NCBI GenBank assembly: GCA_964587465.1
Contig: CAZPLH010000002.1
Span: 639 to 34,198 of the forward strand
Length of the DNA: 33,560 bases
DNA from: an uncultured Candidatus Saccharibacteria bacterium
GTDB taxonomy: Bacteria > Patescibacteriota > Saccharimonadia > Saccharimonadales > CAIOMD01
Direction of reading: 5' to 3'
Shown here: piece after piece, positions 30,269 through 33,560 of the stretch
How the letters are laid out: each line of letters begins with the position of its first letter
Numbering within the stretch: position 1 is the stretch's first letter
Position numbers and translations under genes: made by a program
The notes under the pieces: generated by a model
Seen by the model: the letters and a program-made list of their open reading frames with translations, nothing else
Told to the model about the DNA's origin: nothing
The model's database searches: none

Positions 30269-30886
30269 TTAGAACGGTGAGTCATCCAGGTCGTCGTCAT
30301 CGAAATCATCCTCAGCATCATCCACATCGTCATCGTCGTCACCCGACGCGTTGGATTTGCCTTCATACGGAAGGTATTCATTGACCTTGGCGCGGAAATT
30401 GCCCTTGAGATCCTGGTCGGGAGCGGCGACCGCCTGAACCAGAAGCTCACCATTCGGGGAATTGATCTTGTACTTACCAATCTGCTTGATATGTACCTCC
30501 TCATCACCCCTCTTGTTGGTGATCTTGTCGGCCTTGGGCCCTTCACCCCAGAAAGAGTTCTCGACTGCCTTCTTCTCTGCCTCGCTACCATCAGTCAAGG
30601 CGTGGAGGAATGCATTCACAAACCCGGTGCCGCTCTTGATGATATTGACGCCATCCCAAACAGGGTGCCCCTTGTACTTGGCGGCGCTGTCAGGGCCAAC
30701 CAACTCAAGCAGAATCGAAATACGCGGCTTGCCTTGGTTATCGCCGGCTGCCTTGATGGCACCCATGGTCATGCGTTTCACTTTGAAGATGTACACGCCT
30801 TTGGTCAGATCGGGGCCATTGTACCCCATCCCACCGGCGGGATCATCCCCACGGCCATCAATATCGAACTTCAGTCGAAATGCCAT
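30269..30886 (-). CDS. Single-stranded DNA-binding protein (T7 gp2.5-style acidic tail)
   Basis: 205 aa ending SGDDDDDVDDAEDDFDDDDLDDSPF, an acidic tail with a terminal aromatic residue. It sits between the recombination ATPase and the replication genes. Confidence 0.6.
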   Translation of the reverse strand: MAFRLKFDIDGRGDDPAGGMGYNGPDLTKGVYIFKVKRMTMGAIKAAGDNQGKPRISILLELVGPDSAAKYKGHPVWDGVNIIKSGTGFVNAFLHALTDGSEAEKKAVENSFWGEGPKADKITNKRGDEEVHIKQIGKYKINSPNGELLVQAVAAPDQDLKGNFRAKVNEYLPYEGKSNASGDDDDDVDDAEDDFDDDDLDDSPF

Positions 30887-31785
30887 CAGTCGTCATTCCC
30901 TTCTGTTTCATCATCTTCAATTTCGATCATCTGAAGCACATTGCCTTCTTCACCATCAGTGGTCCGCGAGGCAGTTGTCTTCAGAGGCTTTGGTGTTGGT
31001 GTCTTTTCAGCCACACGACCTGGCGCCGGCTGCTTTGGGCCCGCCTCAATCAGTTCCCGCACTTCCTTGAGACTCAAATTCACAGTACGCGGTTCCAAGC
31101 AGCGAGTCCGGTCTTTGGCCATGACGGTCTTGGTTCCGGTCCACTGAATAACGCGGAACTCCTCAAACGTCTTGTTGCCATCTTCATCGACACCGGTCCC
31201 GCGACGACGCACACGCATATTGCCGAAACTGGTCATCCAGCTTGCCACCTGCTTGGCATACTGAGTGCCCTTGCCTTGGAGCATGGGGAGCACCACTTTC
31301 TCGCCATCCTCATTCTCCTCATCTTGCTGGAGAGCAGAGTACACGCAATTGACTTCCAGTGCATTGAACAGCTTCACCATCCGGCGAAACTTCTCAAAGT
31401 ACGGAATCCAATCTTGCAACAGCGGGATGTCGGGGTCACGCGACGGATTGATTTTGACACCCTCTTCAAGAATATGCCGCATACACATCTGCTGCATTTC
31501 AGTCAAACTGTCGAGGAACACCCAGTTGAAGGGGATTGTTTCCTGTTCGGCCAGCCACTCATATGCCTTGACAATGTCAGTCCAGCTACGGATCTTCCAC
31601 TTCATGGCGGTGCTACCAAATCGCTTGGCTGAAAGTGTACCGTTGTCTTCTGGCGCAATGACAAGCACATCTTCATCAGAACACCCGAAAACTGTTTTAC
31701 CTACACCACTGTCGGCATAGATAAGCAAGTTCACATACTCATCCTCGTCAGCTAACGGGATGATATTGTCAGGCAAAGTTACCAC
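30886..31785 (-). CDS. RecA-fold ATPase, AAA_24 / Sak4-like recombination protein
   Basis: Walker A in NLLIYADSGVGKTVFG, Walker B-like WVFLDSLTEM. About 230-aa core plus a Pro/Thr/acidic tail. Confidence 0.75.
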   Translation of the reverse strand: MVTLPDNIIPLADEDEYVNLLIYADSGVGKTVFGCSDEDVLVIAPEDNGTLSAKRFGSTAMKWKIRSWTDIVKAYEWLAEQETIPFNWVFLDSLTEMQQMCMRHILEEGVKINPSRDPDIPLLQDWIPYFEKFRRMVKLFNALEVNCVYSALQQDEENEDGEKVVLPMLQGKGTQYAKQVASWMTSFGNMRVRRRGTGVDEDGNKTFEEFRVIQWTGTKTVMAKDRTRCLEPRTVNLSLKEVRELIEAGPKQPAPGRVAEKTPTPKPLKTTASRTTDGEEGNVLQMIEIEDDETEGNDD

Positions 31786-32000
31786 TAGAACATCTCTCTT
31801 TCAAGTTCAGGTTTTTCATCCATCAAAATGACCCTGGCTTCTACGTCATCGATCCTTTCCACAATCCAATCGGCATCATTTCTGCTGATTCTGTTAAGTG
31901 CGGCTTGGCGAAGCACTCTCGCCCGAAATGCGCGCAGCTCAGCAATGCCTTTATCCTTCACCCGAGCTACTATTGAGATCACCCACTTTCTTCTCATCAT
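31785..32000 (-). CDS. Hypothetical protein (start uncertain)
   Basis: The track ORF reaches 32087, deep inside the exonuclease gene. ATG 32000/31997 or GTG 31982/31961 is more plausible. Confidence 0.4.
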   Translation of the reverse strand: MMRRKWVISIVARVKDKGIAELRAFRARVLRQAALNRISRNDADWIVERIDDVEARVILMDEKPELEREMF

Positions 32001-33012
32001 GATCACCATACGGATTGTGCTTTTTGAAAACTTGCTCTTTGAAATATTCGATGTCGCCACCAGATTCATCAAGCTCGCACAAGTCAAAGAACGGACAATA
32101 CTGGCAATCCCGCTGGGTGCTCTTCAGGATAGGCAGATTGCCGGCGCGCAGTTCGCTCATGATATGCGCTTCCTGGCTTATGCGCACGATCGTTCGCTGC
32201 CGCTCTTTGGGTGTCCGAGGCACAAAGAAGCGCTGAAACAATGGGCTACCCTGGCGCGCACTTACGCTACCATCTTTGTTCAGGTACTCGCCTTTGGCAT
32301 TGGTTGGGCGGCTATCAACTTTACCTTTGCGGATGAAATTGTATTCCATGCCAACAACAGATTCATCGTCGGCGATTAGCCCCTGCTGTCGCAAAGCGAA
32401 AGTAGCAGCCGCAATGTAAGTGCTTGCCTGCGTATCAAGTACAAGATGGCCCGTTGAAATTGCTTGGGCCGTCTTGTGGTCTGTCATTTTCACCTTGCCA
32501 TCATTAAGATCACGATAGCAAAGATCAAATACACCAATGAGATTGCATATGGGGCGATATCCACGACGGCCCTTTTCAGATCGCAGAGGCTTGTATCTGA
32601 CATCCGGAATTGTAACGCTGAATTTGCGTTCGGCGTCGATGATGTCCCAGTGCGGATCACCTTGGTAGTGCTTCACATATTCATCCATGAGATCGCAGCC
32701 AAGGTCATAAAAATCTTCCCATTTGGCTACTAGCTCATCATCGACCACTTCCATGGTCTTGATACTGCCCAAAGTGCCTTTAGCCCAATCAGCCCATGTA
32801 TCTGCGGGGTGCGGACCGCGCACAGTGCCTGGTTGGTAATACTCCGCCAGGGCTAAATGGATACCCGTGCCAAATTCAGCCGCAGTCTTGAATTTCTGCA
32901 CCCGCGGGGTCAATTGCTCAGCGTAACCCCAGAACCATTGCTGTTGGCAACGCATAAACGAATTACGCTCGCTAGACCGCAGAAAAGGCAACTCAGCTTC
33001 AGAAGATGACAT
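31951..33012 (-). CDS. Cas4 / RecB-family PD-(D/E)xK exonuclease with Fe-S cysteines
   Basis: ATG 33012 with GAGGA 6 nt upstream. N-terminal Cys in FMRCQQQW. Nuclease motifs IGVFDL, KMTDHKT (D-x-K) and QASTYIAA (Q..Y). C-terminal CQYCPFFDLC. Confidence 0.8.
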   Translation of the reverse strand: MSSSEAELPFLRSSERNSFMRCQQQWFWGYAEQLTPRVQKFKTAAEFGTGIHLALAEYYQPGTVRGPHPADTWADWAKGTLGSIKTMEVVDDELVAKWEDFYDLGCDLMDEYVKHYQGDPHWDIIDAERKFSVTIPDVRYKPLRSEKGRRGYRPICNLIGVFDLCYRDLNDGKVKMTDHKTAQAISTGHLVLDTQASTYIAAATFALRQQGLIADDESVVGMEYNFIRKGKVDSRPTNAKGEYLNKDGSVSARQGSPLFQRFFVPRTPKERQRTIVRISQEAHIMSELRAGNLPILKSTQRDCQYCPFFDLCELDESGGDIEYFKEQVFKKHNPYGDHDEKKVGDLNSSSGEG

Positions 33013-33208
33013 CGGTATCCTCAATTACGATTGTTATCGAATCACGCTCACGCTGATCATATCCCGGCGAATAGCTGAATCTTACAACATCATCTCCCTG
33101 GTGGGCAGACAAGATGTTGGCTAGCTCACCTACACTACAGGTGATACCATCCAAGTGGATGGATGTACTACGGGTCACTTTCATATTGCTCGCCTCAGTA
33201 GTATCCAT
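32999..33208 (-). CDS. Hypothetical protein (start uncertain)
   Basis: Both ATG 33208 (GGGAG 6 nt upstream) and ATG 33184 (GAGG 9 nt upstream) are plausible. The track start at 33286 lies inside the upstream gene. Confidence 0.4.
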   Translation of the reverse strand: MDTTEASNMKVTRSTSIHLDGITCSVGELANILSAHQGDDVVRFSYSPGYDQRERDSITIVIEDTDVIF

Positions 33209-33560
33209 GGCCGGCTCCCAGGTAATTGTCGATGTTACCACCATGAAGCTCTGACCACTCTCGCCAATCGGGCAGGTAGTCATCAAGCATTTTACGCCAC
33301 TTGTATGTCAGCTTGTCCGGCTTGGCGGCTTTGGCATATCCAGGGAACTTTTCAGCTATCCGAGCCACGGCGTCACGAGTTGCCTGGCCTTTGGCGCCTA
33401 CTACGTCGCCATCAGTTACGGCATCTTCTAGTGCGGCTACGCCACCCGGTGCGAATCTGGCGGCCATTGAATTTGACTTAGCGTCAAGGTGAATCAGCCA
33501 TGGGTAGCCGGCAATGAATCCTCTGATTACAAAGTCAGCATCGTCACCACACTTCAAGTC
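33195..33560 (-). CDS. Hypothetical protein, 5'-partial (open at window end)
   Basis: The reading frame is open to the last base of the window. The 'M' at 33557 is a TTG. Confidence 0.45.
   Translation of the reverse strand, partial: DLKCGDDADFVIRGFIAGYPWLIHLDAKSNSMAARFAPGGVAALEDAVTDGDVVGAKGQATRDAVARIAEKFPGYAKAAKPDKLTYKWRKMLDDYLPDWREWSELHGGNIDNYLGAGHGYY

Noticed and set aside
30462-31632. Plus-strand ORFs of 202 and 250 aa opposite the SSB and Sak4-like genes
   Set aside because: They are antisense to genes with clear motifs (Walker A, acidic SSB tail) and are low-complexity and Cys/His/Leu-rich. Treated as artefacts.
1-33560. tRNA genes, CRISPR arrays, a diversity-generating retroelement, integrase/attP, transposase
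   Set aside because: The few non-coding gaps show no cloverleaf or T-loop (GTTCGAATC-like) sequence and no regularly spaced repeats with spacers. No ORF has reverse-transcriptase, recombinase or transposase motifs.

Overview
This window is a contiguous piece of a tailed dsDNA phage genome. Every credible gene lies on the minus strand. Genes are packed head to tail, with ATGA/GTGA/TAATG start-stop overlaps and GGAGG-type ribosome-binding sites. The long plus-strand ORFs look like antisense artefacts. The ORF track prints GTG and TTG starts as M, so I re-derived several starts by hand. I also found three ORFs shorter than 60 aa, and one edge-truncated gene, that the track does not list.

In transcription order (high to low coordinates):
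- 33560-22235: replication, recombination and nucleotide-metabolism module. It holds a Cas4/RecB-like exonuclease, a Sak4/AAA_24-like ATPase, an SSB with an acidic tail, a short flavoprotein, a HAD phosphatase, a DUF1599/MazG-like protein, a DnaE split into separate PHP and polymerase ORFs, a divergent ThyX and a RuvC-like resolvase.
- 22248-17584: a run of small unknown genes, many of them CxxC zinc ribbons, plus one ribbon-helix-helix (RHH) regulator.
- 17449-14585: PrimPol plus D5/SF3 helicase.
- 14584-14029: a 556-bp AT-rich non-coding region dense with iteron-like repeats.
- 14007-11330: small genes, including a small-terminase-like (TerS-like) protein and a YegP/DUF1508 protein.
- 11186-4082: virion and host-recognition genes. 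These are a beta-helix tailspike, a glycine-rich-domain protein and a 698-aa ORF with an ADP-ribosyltransferase-like (ART-like) N-domain and a zincin C-domain.
- 3866-1: TerL, portal, then a papain-like C1 peptidase that runs off the window.

I saw no tRNA, rRNA, CRISPR array, integrase, transposase or recognisable lysis cassette.

The best candidates for something undescribed are:
(a) The nucleotide-remodelling gene set around the split DnaE: a ThyX with several signature residues replaced, a DUF1599-like protein, a HAD phosphatase and an orphan flavoprotein. This could be a DNA-modification or dNTP-pool-editing system.
(b) The ART-plus-metallopeptidase polyvalent-type protein in the virion module.
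(c) A papain-fold peptidase in the slot normally held by a prohead protease.
(d) The iteron array next to the primase-helicase.

All functional calls come from motifs read by eye. No database search was possible.
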